Source: Hyaloraphidium curvatum SAG 235-1
Lineage: Eukaryota; Fungi; Monoblepharomycota
Direction of reading: 5' to 3'
Assembly (NCBI GenBank): GCA_025558095.1
Contig: JAIVFI010000012.1
Span: forward strand, 496,001 to 560,000
DNA: 64,000 nucleotides
Shown here: positions 37,153-48,914 of the stretch, one piece after another
Layout: every line of letters starts with the position of its first letter
How positions within the stretch are numbered: the stretch's first letter is position 1
The notes under the pieces: generated by a model
Databases searched by the model: none
What the model was told of the DNA's origin: nothing
What the model saw: only the letters and a program-made list of their open reading frames with translations
Program-made: the position numbers and the translations under genes

Positions 37153-39045
37153 ATGGAGGAGAAACAGCGCAAGCGTTCAGTAGTCGCCAGGGCGTGCGAC
37201 CGATGCATTTCCGGGCGGAGAAAGTGCGACGGCGCGTCGCCGTGCTCGCGCTGCTCGGCGGGAGGCAGGGAGTGCGCCTATACGCGCGAGCGCCGCCCGC
37301 CGGGCCCGAAGCCCGGGAGGCTGCGGGAATTGGAAGAGCGCGTCAGGGCGCTGACAGACCGCCGGACTGCGGGCCCCGATAAGGCGGCGGGGCCGAATGG
37401 AGACAATCTGGGCGCCCCGGGGCCCTCTGCATTGACTGCAGGCCTCCTCGACCTTGCTACCTTACCGCTCGGGATCTCCGCAGAGGTCGTGTTCCGCCTC
37501 GCCGACCTGCACGGTGCCGCGCTGGGACACCTCGCACCACTGGTTCCGCAATCGCCTCGTTCGGCAACGTGCGCTCCGGCCCTGGTTCTCGCTCGTGCTG
37601 CCGTGGTGGCGCGCTTTCTCGGCTACAAACACACCGTCGGACGCGATCTCTGTGCCGCGGCCAAGAAGCTGCTGATGCCAATCGTCGTTCGAGAGTCTGC
37701 CGCGCCGCCGGACTTGGATACTGTAGAAGCTTTACTCCACCTCGGTGTCTATTGCGCCGTTTCAGACGACCCGGAGCAACTGCTATTGTCGCACCGCTTC
37801 CTGCTTTGGGCGGTCTCCCTTGCCAAGGAGCTCGGCCTGCACGACGAGATACCGGATCTGAACACAGCGGAACCGCGGGCTGACCTCGTGCGTCGGCGGG
37901 CCGTGTTTTGGGCCATAGCCTCGACGGAGCGGGCCATGGCGTTCATGGACTGGTACAGTCCGTCGTTCAGAGACGCGGACGTACGCGCGGGACTCCCAGA
38001 TTGTGACGAGGACGGTCAGGTGGCACTCGAGCTGCTCCCGCAGCCTCCGTCGCCCCTACAGGCGCTCGACTTTTCCCATGTCGAGCTTGCAGTTGCCCTG
38101 CCAGCTTCTTTGTCTCCTTCAGCGCGCGGGATCGCCTTCTATAGCACGATCGGTCAGCTGTCGGAGCTGTCGAAGGAAGCGTCCTCAGTCTTCCAGTCGA
38201 CGGGCGAGGCCATTGTTCCTCCGGAACTCGCCGAGCGCCGCCGTCGGGCGCGGAACCTCCTTCGCAGCCTCCACGGGCCGGATCTCGGGCCCGCTGCGGA
38301 TGTGGCTTACCACGGGACCGTCGCCGTGTCACTTGGCCCCCGTGGTGACTTGCAGGCATTTTTCTCGCTGCAAAAGATTGGCGAAGGGTTTCGGGACCGC
38401 ACGGACACGGCAAAACTCGAGGCCGGAGCGAGGGTGGCGGAGTGGTTCCTGCTCCCCTACCGACAGCTGCATGGCAGTGCTCCGCCCGACGTCGAAGCCA
38501 CCGTCGGCGAAGCCCGCGAGTTCAGGACCCATTGCGCCGCCCTGATCGGGGCTCTCGAATGCCTGGCCGCGTTCCCCGAGCCGATCGGCCCTCTGCATGC
38601 GTGGACGTCGCTCATCTGCGGATTCTTCGACGTCGCGTGTTTCGTCATGGTGCAGGCAGTGGACCCGGCAGAGGCTGCATTGGCGGGAAGCAGGGTGCAG
38701 CGCACGATCGCCGCGCTCGAGATTGTCTTGGCGGGAGGCACCATGCCGTTCGCGGATAACCTCCTCCGCGGACTCAAGTACCTTTGGGAGTGGGCCCTCC
38801 TGCCACCGGAGGGGAAGCCCGCCGCCGTGTGGCTCAAGGACCCGGATGCGGCCCCGCGTGCGGCCATATGGGCAGCCTTAGCGTTGGAGCGCACCGCGGG
38901 GCAGCGCTTTGCCCTAGACGAAGCCGCAGAGAAATTGGATCCCTGGCTCCCTCCCATCATGCCTGGTGGAGCTCTTGCGGATCATCTCGGGGGCCTGCTT
39001 GGGGTCGACGGTCTTGGACACGGTGGAGGACTGCAGTTTGCGTAG
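37153..39045 (+). CDS. Zn2Cys6 fungal transcription factor; intronless
   Basis: ACDRCISGRRKCDGASPCSRCSAGGRECAY, and a middle-homology-like region LAKELGLH..RRRAVFW. Confidence 0.92.
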   Translation: MEEKQRKRSVVARACDRCISGRRKCDGASPCSRCSAGGRECAYTRERRPPGPKPGRLRELEERVRALTDRRTAGPDKAAGPNGDNLGAPGPSALTAGLLDLATLPLGISAEVVFRLADLHGAALGHLAPLVPQSPRSATCAPALVLARAAVVARFLGYKHTVGRDLCAAAKKLLMPIVVRESAAPPDLDTVEALLHLGVYCAVSDDPEQLLLSHRFLLWAVSLAKELGLHDEIPDLNTAEPRADLVRRRAVFWAIASTERAMAFMDWYSPSFRDADVRAGLPDCDEDGQVALELLPQPPSPLQALDFSHVELAVALPASLSPSARGIAFYSTIGQLSELSKEASSVFQSTGEAIVPPELAERRRRARNLLRSLHGPDLGPAADVAYHGTVAVSLGPRGDLQAFFSLQKIGEGFRDRTDTAKLEAGARVAEWFLLPYRQLHGSAPPDVEATVGEAREFRTHCAALIGALECLAAFPEPIGPLHAWTSLICGFFDVACFVMVQAVDPAEAALAGSRVQRTIAALEIVLAGGTMPFADNLLRGLKYLWEWALLPPEGKPAAVWLKDPDAAPRAAIWAALALERTAGQRFALDEAAEKLDPWLPPIMPGGALADHLGGLLGVDGLGHGGGLQFA

Positions 39046-39229
39046 ATCCCGCGACGTCTTCGCGAAAGAAACCCCAGTTGTACATCCAGCTCCATCAATG
39101 TGAAGTGCAAGAGCATCCATGAGCAATCGTGCCTGCTGAAAGGCTAGCCGATCGCGTCCAAGTTCTGCGCTGGAATTGGTCGATGCACCACGTCACGGAG
39201 TTTCAACCCCACACTCTGTCGCCACAACA

Positions 39230-40644
39230 ATGCTCCCACGGGCACCCGCAGCGCGGCCCCTGGCTGCCCTCTTTCTTTCTGCGGGGCGGCTGCAGCCTCC
39301 CGCGGCCCCTATGCCCACCTCGCGTCTCCTCTGGACGCGCGTTACCGTCCCTCCGCCCAGCGCTCGCCCGCTTCCTGCGCGCCCTCATCGCGCCGTTTCC
39401 TTCCTCCATTATTTTCCCCGCAATCTTTCCCCTGTTGAGAATGCGATTGCGCGCCCGTTAGCCTCCTCGGCGCGAGCTATGTCGTCGGTGGCGGCGCCAC
39501 CCCCGCCCCACCACCGCTCCCGCCCCCACCCCGCGCTGGGCCTCTTCGCCGGCATTTTCGTCGCCGGTCTCGCGTTTGGCTTCAACCAGAAGCCTGTGCT
39601 GGCCGAGGTCAAGGCCGATCCCGCTCCGCCCCCGCCGCAGAGGCGGAAGAGCCTGGACAAGATCCCGGTGGAGGGCGAACTGCACATCTCGGAGCGCGTG
39701 GGGCGCGTGGAAAGGGTGTGATACACATGCAGACGCCCGTCTGATTATTGATCTGACTGGCCTTCCGTTCACAGGTGTTCAGGACGCTCGAGTTCATCCT
39801 CCGCACCACAATCGCCGTCCCCGCCCTGCTCCTCTTCTTCCTCGTCGTCGCCGTCCCCCTCGCCGTCCTCAACATCGGCCGCAAATCCGACACCTTCTCC
39901 CTCGTCGGCCCGCTCTTCTACCGCGTCATGCGCCCCATCATGGGCATCTCGGTGGCGATCAAGGGCGCGGAGCACCTCGACGGCGCGCGGCCGTGCGTGG
40001 TCCTGTGCGCGCCGCACCAGAGCTCCATGGACGTGTACATCGCGGCGAGCTTCGTGCCGGGGGGGTCGGCGGCGATCGGGAAGAAGGAGCTGGCGTATAT
40101 TCCGATCTTCAACATCTTCCGTGGGCTCCCTGCACGCGACGTTGCGGCTGCCTCGGATGCTGATCCCCATGTTCGCCCCAGTCTGGCTGTCGCCGGTGGT
40201 TCTTATTGACCGCGCCAACACCAAGAACGCCCTGGAGGCGCTGGCCGAGGCCAGCAAGACGGTGGCGCAGGAACGCCTCCGCCTGATCCTCTTCCCCGAG
40301 GGCACCGTGGGTCCCCATGCCCGCCGCCGCCGATCGCCCGAACTCACACCGGCCCCCGACAGCGGACGCGCGTGCTCGGCCCGCGCTTGCTCCCGCTCAA
40401 GAAGGGCGGCTTCCGCATGGCGCTCGACAACGGCCTGCCGATCGTGCCCGTCGTGATCTCCAACACCGCCGACGCGTTCTACCCGCTGAGGTGGTGGTGG
40501 AAGGGCGGCGAGGTCGAGGTGAGGGTGCTGGACCCGGTGCGGACCGAGGGGCTGGGCGCGGACGACCTGGAGGCGCTGATGGAGGACGTGCGGGGGCGTA
40601 TGCTGACGGAGATGGAGGACATGGAGCGGCGGCGGCGGAAGTGA
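39230..40644 (+). CDS. SLC1: 1-acyl-sn-glycerol-3-phosphate acyltransferase (Slc1-like); start uncertain (39230 or 39479)
   Basis: PHQSSMD (HX4D), GKKEL, LIDR, FPEGTR and LPLKKGGF..PIVPVV. Confidence 0.85.
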
Positions 40645-40830
40645 GCCGCGGACCCGGCAGGCGCCCGCTATCTATTCGTCCGTTGTTTCTGCTTCGAAAA
40701 AGAGCGGCCTCGCAGGGGCTCAGCGGCGATCGGTGCCCACGGAGTTTGAGTATGGGGGTCCTTTGTTGACTGCCCAAGCCGTGACGCTTCTCGATCGAGT
40801 CCGCCACTGGTCCCCCCGGCCCGAGCAACG

Positions 40831-42192
40831 ATGCCAGGCCTAGCTTTAGCGGCTGTGTACGCAGCCACGCTGGCAGCGGCGGTGCTCGCTGCGCCGTTCC
40901 TGCTCGATGCGCTGTTCCGCGTGGGGTACGAGCGGGGCGTCCTGCCCGCCGCGACGCCCGACGCCGCGCACCGCGCGATGTTTTCGGCGCTGATGGTCCT
41001 TCTTCCCGCGCTTGCGATGGCGCTCGCGGGCCGCATCGGCGGGCCGCCGGTGGCTGAGAGGGAAACCGAGGGCGAGAAGCGGCCCGCCGTGCACGAGGCG
41101 GCGGCGCCCCCCGCGGCAGTCGAGGCGCCCGAGCAGCCCTCGGCCGAGGACCAGGCTGAGGAGGACGCCTCGGCGGACGCCTTTGCGTCGCAGTACACGT
41201 CGCTCATCCCCGCGCTGCTGCAGCGCTTCTTTGCGCTGGTCAACTCCGACCCGGCATCGGACCCCTCCTCCCCCTGGACGCTGACGCGGAGCATCGACGA
41301 CGGCATGCGCATCAGCGTGTACCAGAACGCCCAGGCGGACCTGTCGTTCAAGCTCGTCGCCGACCTGGACGTCGACGCCGGCGACGCCTTCGAGGCCCTC
41401 GCCGACTCGGGCGCCCGCGCCTCGTGGGACGACATGACCGCCGAATCCTACGTGGTACAGGTGCTCGACACCTGGACCCGCATCGTGTACCTGCGCACCC
41501 GCCCCGTGTTCCCCGTCTCGGCCCGCGACATGGTCTCGCTCTCGCACATAACCAGGCTGGGCTCGCCCGGCGAGCCGCCCACCTACGTCAACGTCACCTG
41601 CTCCGTGGACCATCCCTCGCTCCCACCGTCGGCATCGGTGGTCCGCATGAAGGCCGGCTGCGCGGGGCAGCTGGTCCGCCCGCTTCTGGACCCGGACACC
41701 GGCGAGCCGATCCCGGGCAAGTGCAGGGTGGTGCAGCTGGTGGACGGCGACCTGGGCGGATCGGTGCCGTCGTGGCTCGTGAGCAAGGTGGCGGGGTCGA
41801 CGATCCCGGGCAGCCTGAGGAAGCTCAACAAGCATCTGGTGGAGGCGGTGGCCTTGCGGAAGGGCGCGCCGAGGCCGCAATCGTTCGTGGACAACGGGTT
41901 CGTCGTGCCCGAGAGGAAGAAGAAGCATCTGGAGGGAGAAAGGGGGGGCGAGGCGGCGGCGGAGGGGCCGGCTGCGGCGGCCAAGGCCAACGGCGAGGCC
42001 AACGGGCACCTGCACAACGGCACGGCGGGCGGACACCGTAAGATGTCGCAGGGCGAGAAGAAGGCACCGCCGCAGCAGGCGTTCGACCTGGGCGCGCTGG
42101 ACCAGTTCAACGAGCTGCTTCCGACCCTCGGGTTCGGGGCCGCGGCGATCACGGTCGCGGCCATCGTCGCCAGACGCGCCATGGAGGCGTGA
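40831..42192 (+). CDS. START-domain lipid-transfer protein with N- and C-terminal hydrophobic segments; intronless
   Basis: RASWDD, RPVFPVSARDMV, SVDHPSLP..VVRM and DLGGSVPSWLV. Confidence 0.85.
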   Translation: MPGLALAAVYAATLAAAVLAAPFLLDALFRVGYERGVLPAATPDAAHRAMFSALMVLLPALAMALAGRIGGPPVAERETEGEKRPAVHEAAAPPAAVEAPEQPSAEDQAEEDASADAFASQYTSLIPALLQRFFALVNSDPASDPSSPWTLTRSIDDGMRISVYQNAQADLSFKLVADLDVDAGDAFEALADSGARASWDDMTAESYVVQVLDTWTRIVYLRTRPVFPVSARDMVSLSHITRLGSPGEPPTYVNVTCSVDHPSLPPSASVVRMKAGCAGQLVRPLLDPDTGEPIPGKCRVVQLVDGDLGGSVPSWLVSKVAGSTIPGSLRKLNKHLVEAVALRKGAPRPQSFVDNGFVVPERKKKHLEGERGGEAAAEGPAAAAKANGEANGHLHNGTAGGHRKMSQGEKKAPPQQAFDLGALDQFNELLPTLGFGAAAITVAAIVARRAMEA

Positions 42193-42299
42193 TCCGCTCG
42201 GCATGTGCGCCTGATCTATCTATGTCTCATTTAGATGTAAATAGCTTTATCTGAGAATTCTCCTCTCTAGGTCTACTCTTGCCTTCTAAGTCTTTTGCG

Positions 42300-43318
42300 T
42301 CAAAGCGACCCCTGGATCACCACCCTCCCCCTCCCAGTGACGGGGACAACGTCGCCGTCAGCAACAAGCAGCATCGCTGCCCGGTTGTTCACGCCCTTCG
42401 TCGCCTCCCCCTGCAGCGTCATCCGGACCTCGACCATCCCATCGCCGGCGGGCAACACGCCGCCCTCGACGCTGCACTGTTCTCTCACTTTTTGCTCGGT
42501 CTTGAACTCGACGTAGTAACCCACAACCGAATTTGGCGCCACGGGTATCCTGCGCGGGTTGCGCGGGTCCGCCCCCGCGTTGGGGAACGACGCGTAGACG
42601 TGCTCGAAGAAGGGGTACGAGCGCTTGCGCGCCGTGACGTGGCCGAACCCGTCCGTGTCGGTGAAGCGGGCGGTCCAGGTCGTGGGGGGGAGGCGGCGCG
42701 CCGAGGGGGGGATGTACGCGTCCGCCGGGGTTTCCGCGCGAAGGAGGAAGGAGAAGGCGGGATCGGACGCGAAGGGGCTGCTGACGACGGTCAGCAATCC
42801 GGGCTCGAACTGCAGCAGATCCGCGAGACCCACGAAGGCGCCGTCCAGCCCCCCTCGATGAGCTCCTCGGGGCACCTGCTCGGTCTCCATCCGTCTGGCA
42901 ACATGTCTACGAACACGAATCCTAGAACGACGCCTGCAATGATGTCCCCTTTCCGAAACGACTCGGCCGGGTGCTCCGGTCCTCGCCTCTCCTCAAACGT
43001 GATCACAGAGTGGTTCGCGTAGTAGGCCCTCCCGACCATCGCCGCGACCGTGGTGCAACGCAGCACGTCCCCCGGGCCCGGCAGCTTCCTCCCGCCCCTG
43101 AACGCGGGCGCAAAGAGCAGCTTCGCGTCCCGCGACAGGCTGATGGCCTTGACGGGGCGCCCGTTTTCGGCTCCGCGGCGGATGACGCGGAGGAAGTGGT
43201 CCGTCGTTCCGCGGAGGGCTTCCCGGTAGAGCATCTCCAGGTAATCGTGGGCCAGGTTTGTCACGTCGATCGGCGCCGGCTCAAAGACGTGGGAAACGGT
43301 CCGGAAGTCGGCCGCCAT
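42300..43318 (-). CDS. Putative double-hotdog thioesterase-like protein, split by a frameshift in a G6 run at about 42850
   Basis: Two overlapping ORFs join if one G is added. The second half has RFTDTDGFGHV, similar to the hotdog DxDxxGHV motif. Confidence 0.5.
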
Positions 43319-43489
43319 CCTGGCGAAGGGCAGTCCAGAAAAGGATCCGCTCGACCGGAGCGCGAGATCGGTAGTCACTTTCGGTCGCTGCCGACACGAT
43401 GATCGACGTGACTTTTGCGGTCGCGCCGCGTCCCGCGTCCCGATCACGTCCGTCCGCCCCTAGGGCTCTTTGAAGGCGGCTGCGGGACA

Positions 43490-46400
43490 ATGGGAGACCT
43501 GCGTAGCCAGTTGCTCACTTCTACGGAGGCGGAGGACAACGAGGTGTCGGGTAGGCTCGACCTGCTGAAGGAGCTTGAACGTCCGCTGACGCCTGGGTCA
43601 AGTGAACCAGCGCGCATTGATTGACAAGATCCTGGCCCGCTACAGCTCGGACTATACCGTCTTCCGGGAGCTTATCCAGAACGCGAATGACGCGGGGGCA
43701 AGCGAGGTCGAAGTCGTTTTCACCACGGCCCCTATTTCCGCCCCGGCGGCACCGGAACCGGCGTCGCGAAAGGAGATCTCCCCCGCCAAAGACAAGGACG
43801 GGTTCTCCTTCGCGAGCTGGTTCCTCAACCGCGCTTCCAAGGTCGCCGAAAAGGTGCAGACCACCCTGAAGGAGGTTGCGCAGGCGCCGAAGCCGACGCG
43901 GGAGGTCACGGGCATCACCATCTCCAACAATGGGCAGGCGTTCTCGAAGGACGACTGGTCCCGGATCCGGAAGATTGCCGAGGGGAACCCTGACGAGGGC
44001 AAGATCGGAATGTTCGGCGTGGGCTTTTACTCGGTGTTTGCTGTGACGGAGATGCCCCTGATCTCCTCGGGGGACACGTGCATGCTCTTCTATTGGCGCG
44101 GCGATCAGTTGTACACGAAAAAGGCACCGCTCGGTGCTGATGCCCGGAGCGATCGGACTACTTTCGATCTGAAGCTTAGGGATCCGGACACGCTGCCGTC
44201 GGTTCCGGAACTGGCGCGCTTCATCGCGACCTCGATCGGGTTCACGGCCAACCTGCGGCGGATCGTCGTCCGGATCGACGACCAGGAAGTGATCACGGTT
44301 TCGAAGCGGGAGGGAGCAACGGGCTCGAAGGAGCTCAATGTCAGCTCATCGTGGACCAAGCGTTCGCCCGAGGGGCTGTTCAGTGTGACCGGGGTGTCGC
44401 TCAGGAACGTGCAGATGGAAACGGAGATTGTTCCGTACCGACCTCCGCCTGAACCTGCGGCGGTGCAGCCGGGTGCGTTATCGCCGGCCCCGGCGTCGGA
44501 TCCGCGGCCGCAGCCGCAGAAGAGCTCGCTCTTTTTTCGGCTCGCGACTCTGAACCTGGCCGTGGCGCTCCCGCGGCAGCTGGCGACGGAGATGGAGCGC
44601 ACGACCAAGAAGCGCCCCCCGTCCAAGACGCAGATCACGTTGCTATACGCCAACGCCGACGAGCTCGGCTCGTCGCTTGACGGGCCGGCGGCGGGGCGCA
44701 CCAACTCCATCTTCGCGGACCTCATCGCGACGCCGTCAAACCAGGGATCCGTCATCATCGGCTTTCGGACACAGCAGACCACCGGCTGCTCCGCTTCTAT
44801 GGCCGCCGCCTTTATCCCTACCGTCGAGCGCGAATCGCTGGACTTTGTCGACCGTGCGCTCGCCATCTGGAACAAGGAGCTCCTGAGCATGTGCGGGCTG
44901 CTGGCGCGGCTCATTTTCGAGGACGATCTGGGTTCGGTCAAGATGATCTGGCAGCCGCGGCCGCCAAAGATCGTCCCGGGCGAATCGCTGGCCGATGTGC
45001 CCATGGACGAGGCCGACAAGGAAGCACTTTTGTTCGCCGTCCGCCGCAACATCCACGCGTTGAGGAGCTTCGGCTTTCTTGCGCCCTCGACGCCGCATCA
45101 GACGGTGGGGAGGATTGTCGGGCAGGACTTCTTCAATTCGGCCGGCTCGGCCATCCCGATGGTGACCACCCGGGGGGTGGTTACGACCCGGCAGGCCCGT
45201 CTCATCCCTACGAGTGGGAAGCCGGACGTCCCCACCCTGCTAACGCTGTGTAAGCTGACGCCGCTGGTGCCGGTGGAGCTGTACAACGGTGCCAAGGCCG
45301 AGTTCGAGGCGCTCCGGCGGCTTGGCATCATCGACGATATCCGATTTGAGGACGTTGCGACCGAGGTGGACTCGAGGGTGTTTTCCGAGGCCGAGGTCGA
45401 GGCGCTCATGATGTGGTGGATATCCATGTCGGGCTCGCGGGAGCGGGAGAAGTGGACAGAGAGGATCTGGGGCCGGCTCAAGTTCTCTCCCGCGCCGGGC
45501 GGCGACGGCAAGAAGGCTCCGCGACAATGGCGCAACCTGCGCTTCTTCGTCAACCCCACGAGAATCGCGCCGGAGTTGGTGGAATCCATGGACACTGCGC
45601 TCCCGTTTTCCGTTTCGAAGGGCTTCCCCGTTGCCCAGCTCACCGAGCAGTTTGGGCTTGTGGAGGTGCCGCTGCTCCACTGGATTACTGCAGTCGCGGC
45701 CAACGAGCAGTTCGAGAAGGATCCGGCTTACGCAGAGCGCATCCTCGCTGTCGTCTCTAGGGTCTTCTCCACCCCGAGTGCCGTGTCGGCCGAGGATCGG
45801 CGCAAGATTGTGCAGCTGCTCCAGGAGAAGCGATGCTGTCCGACTAAAGCCGGAATGCAGAAGCCACCGGATTCCTATTTGCCCAAGGTGACCCTGTTCG
45901 ACGATCTTCCCACTCTGCAGCTCTCGAATCCCAGATCACTGTCGGACGCTTTCTGCCGGGAGATTGGTCTGCGCGACCACGTTGAGGTCGGCCTGGTGCT
46001 CTCCCGCGTGTCGCAGCTGGGCTTCAACCACGAGTCCCTCGTGCGGTACCTCGCTGCGACGCAGCTCACAGACATTGAGCGTTCGCGCCTGAGCCAGACG
46101 CGCCTGTTTCCGCGCGAGGGAGCTGATCCGAGCGCCGAAGGCCTTTGGAGGCCCGTGGACCTTTACTTCCCCGTGGACGTCCCCGGCATGACGGTGCAGA
46201 CCCACGAGTTCGGGCTGCCGCTTCTGGTATGGACCAAGAACAAGCTTCGCCTGGCGAGCGACGAGGGGAAGCTGCTCCAGGCCCTCGGCGTTCGGACTGC
46301 CATCCCTCTCGCGGACTGGCTTGCCCTTGCTTCGGATCCGAAGTGTGATTTGGATCGACGGAAGAAGCTCATTCGATACCTCTTGGAGCGACGCGACTCG

Positions 46401-48774
46401 ATCTACTTGGACTACGATGGAGGCAGAATCGCGGCTCAGTTTCTGCCCGCTACGCTTCCCGTAAAGGACGGCAAGACGGAAGAGGTGCAATGCTCGCCGC
46501 GGGAATGCTACGCGGATCCCGCATGCTGGATTCTCTCCTTTCCCGTTCTGGATCCCGACTTTCGCAGCTCTGCGGGCAAGCTCGGTGTTGCGGAGAAGCC
46601 GCCGGTGGGCGCCGCGCTGCAGCGTCTCCTGGCTTCGCCTCCGACGGACAAGGAGTGGGCCACGCGACTGTTTGCGTACTTTGCGACCCGTTTGCCCGAG
46701 ATTCCCGTCGGCGATTTCAAGGCCCTGGCGACCAAGAAGTTCATTCCTGTCTTTTCGCCACAGCGGAAGCCGGAGCTCATGGAACCCGGTGAGGTGTACT
46801 TGTCGGCACCTGATGAGTGCGTGTCTTCTCTTGTCGCGCCACGCGTGTCCATGCGTAACCCATTTTCTTCCTTTCCTCCAGGGCTGCGTATGGCGACCTC
46901 GATCTCGCTGTGGTCGACTTCGGCTTGGCCGGAAACTCCTTCTTGAAAGCGTGCGGCGTGGCCGATAAACCCTCTCCCCAGGAGTTGGCTCGCAGGGTGC
47001 TGCGCGACCCCGGGTCGTTCTTGGCCAAGGTCGGTCCGAAAGCATACCTGTCGCTGCTTCGTCAGCTGTCGGTGCTGCCGATCGACAACCAGCTGACCAA
47101 GGAGATGCGCACGAAAGCCTGGCTTCTGGCCTTGAAGAACGAGGCACGGGATGGGGTTGGGGTGCCATTGGACGACGAAACGGACATGGGCCGCGACGCT
47201 TCTTGGACCCTTGCGAGGGCGGATTCGATCTACCTCATCGACGATCCCGTCCTTTTCCAAACATTCCTTCCGCTCTCGTCTCCGCAGGAAACCATCCTCG
47301 AGCAGTTCTACGAGAGGCTCGGCTCGAGGTGGATTTCACGGGAAGTGTCTGAGGATTGGCAAATCGTCGGGGCGATCCGGACGACCCCGCAGGCGGAGAA
47401 GCTGCAGAAACTGCTGCACCAGCGGGCGCCTTTGCTGCTCTACGACGTCGGCAGGGCAGGCGGCCCGACCAGGGACTCATTGACGAACGACCTGCGGAAC
47501 CTGCAGGACATGTTGAATGGCCTCAACGTCGGGGAGGTCGACCAGATCAGCATCAAGCGAACGTTCCAGAGGACGGTGGTCAAGGTGACGCCGACGACGA
47601 GCTCGATCGCCCAGGACCGGTACCAGAAACGCTGGCTGCTGGTCACGGCAAACTACGACTTTTTCGACGTGAGCCAGGCCATTGGCAAGCTCCTCTTCAA
47701 GCACCCGCGCCTCCAGGACTCGCTGCTGCTTTCCACCCTGCTGAGCTCCTCGTTGCTCAACCTGAAGCGGAAGGGGTTCCCGGTCGACCGGCTGCTCAAC
47801 AACGAGGTCGCGCAGGCGCAGAAGATTGCGGTCGCCGCTTTGCCGCCGCCTCCTCCGGCGGTCGCTCCTGCGGCATCTTCGAACCTGGCAGCGGCGGGTG
47901 GCGACAGTGCCGACGGTTCCGGGGCCGTCGTCTCTCGCACGCCGTCTCCGGCCGCGGACGATACCGAGGTCCTGTCGAACTGGTTCGAGGATCTCGGTCG
48001 GTGGTTCACCGGCAACGAACCCAAGAAGCCGGCCGCCGCGGGAACCCCGGCCCCGCCGCCGGAGAGGATGCCCGGCGGCTTTGCCGAGGCCGGCGGCGCG
48101 CACAAGCCCGTGGAGCACGCCGATCCCCGGCAGACGGCCCGCCTGAAGAACGAGCTCCGGGCAGCGATCGAGTCGTCGCGGCCCGTCAGCGAGAGCAACT
48201 TCAGGGCGACGATCCCGGAGCGGCCACAGACTGCTGCTCCCGCGATACCGGAGGATCACTGCCGCGTGCTGCTCGACTCGGACCTGCGGAGAGTTGGCAC
48301 CGTGCAGGGTTTCGCCCTCTTTGCCGAGAAAGGGCCCGGGGAATCGGACGTGCAGCGGCTCGTGTCGTCGGGCACCGCGGACGCCTTTGCGGCCGTCATT
48401 GGCGATCTGGCGAGGGAGGTGTTTGCTTTCCCCAACCTCGGCGCCGTCAACATCTGGTGGGATGCTCGGGGTTCCACGATCGGTTGGTTTGCCTGAGCGA
48501 TGCTTCTGCTCTCCTACTGACCTGTTCGTCCAATGCAGCATTCAACCGCAACCGCACCATCTTCGTCAACCTACGCTTCTTTGCCGATCTCCACCACAAG
48601 AAGGCCACGATACCCGATACCTACGCCTACTGGTTCACGACAATGTGCCACGAGCTCGCGCACCACTTTATCGAGGCGCACGACGCCCGCCACGGCTACT
48701 ATACGGAGTGCCTCACGCAAACGTATCTGCCGAAGCTGGTGCCCGTCGTGGCATCGAAGGGCACCGGCATTTGA
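43490..48774 (+). CDS. Large GHKL/HATPase (sacsin-like, DUF3684-type) protein with a C-terminal HExxH motif, 4 exons
   Basis: VNQRALIDKILARYS, RELIQNANDA, NNGQAF, KIGMFGVGFYSVF; C-terminal AFNRNRTIFVNLRFF..CHELAHHFIEAH. Confidence 0.88.
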
Positions 48775-48914
48775 GGACTGCAAGACATGGACGGACTGCT
48801 GCACGGTCGTTGTTGTCATAGATGATGTATTTCAGTTAGACTCAGACATGAAGCGCAAAGATCTCCATCTACACCGATTCCGCCACCGCCAGTCTTGCCC
48901 AAGCGAATACGAGT

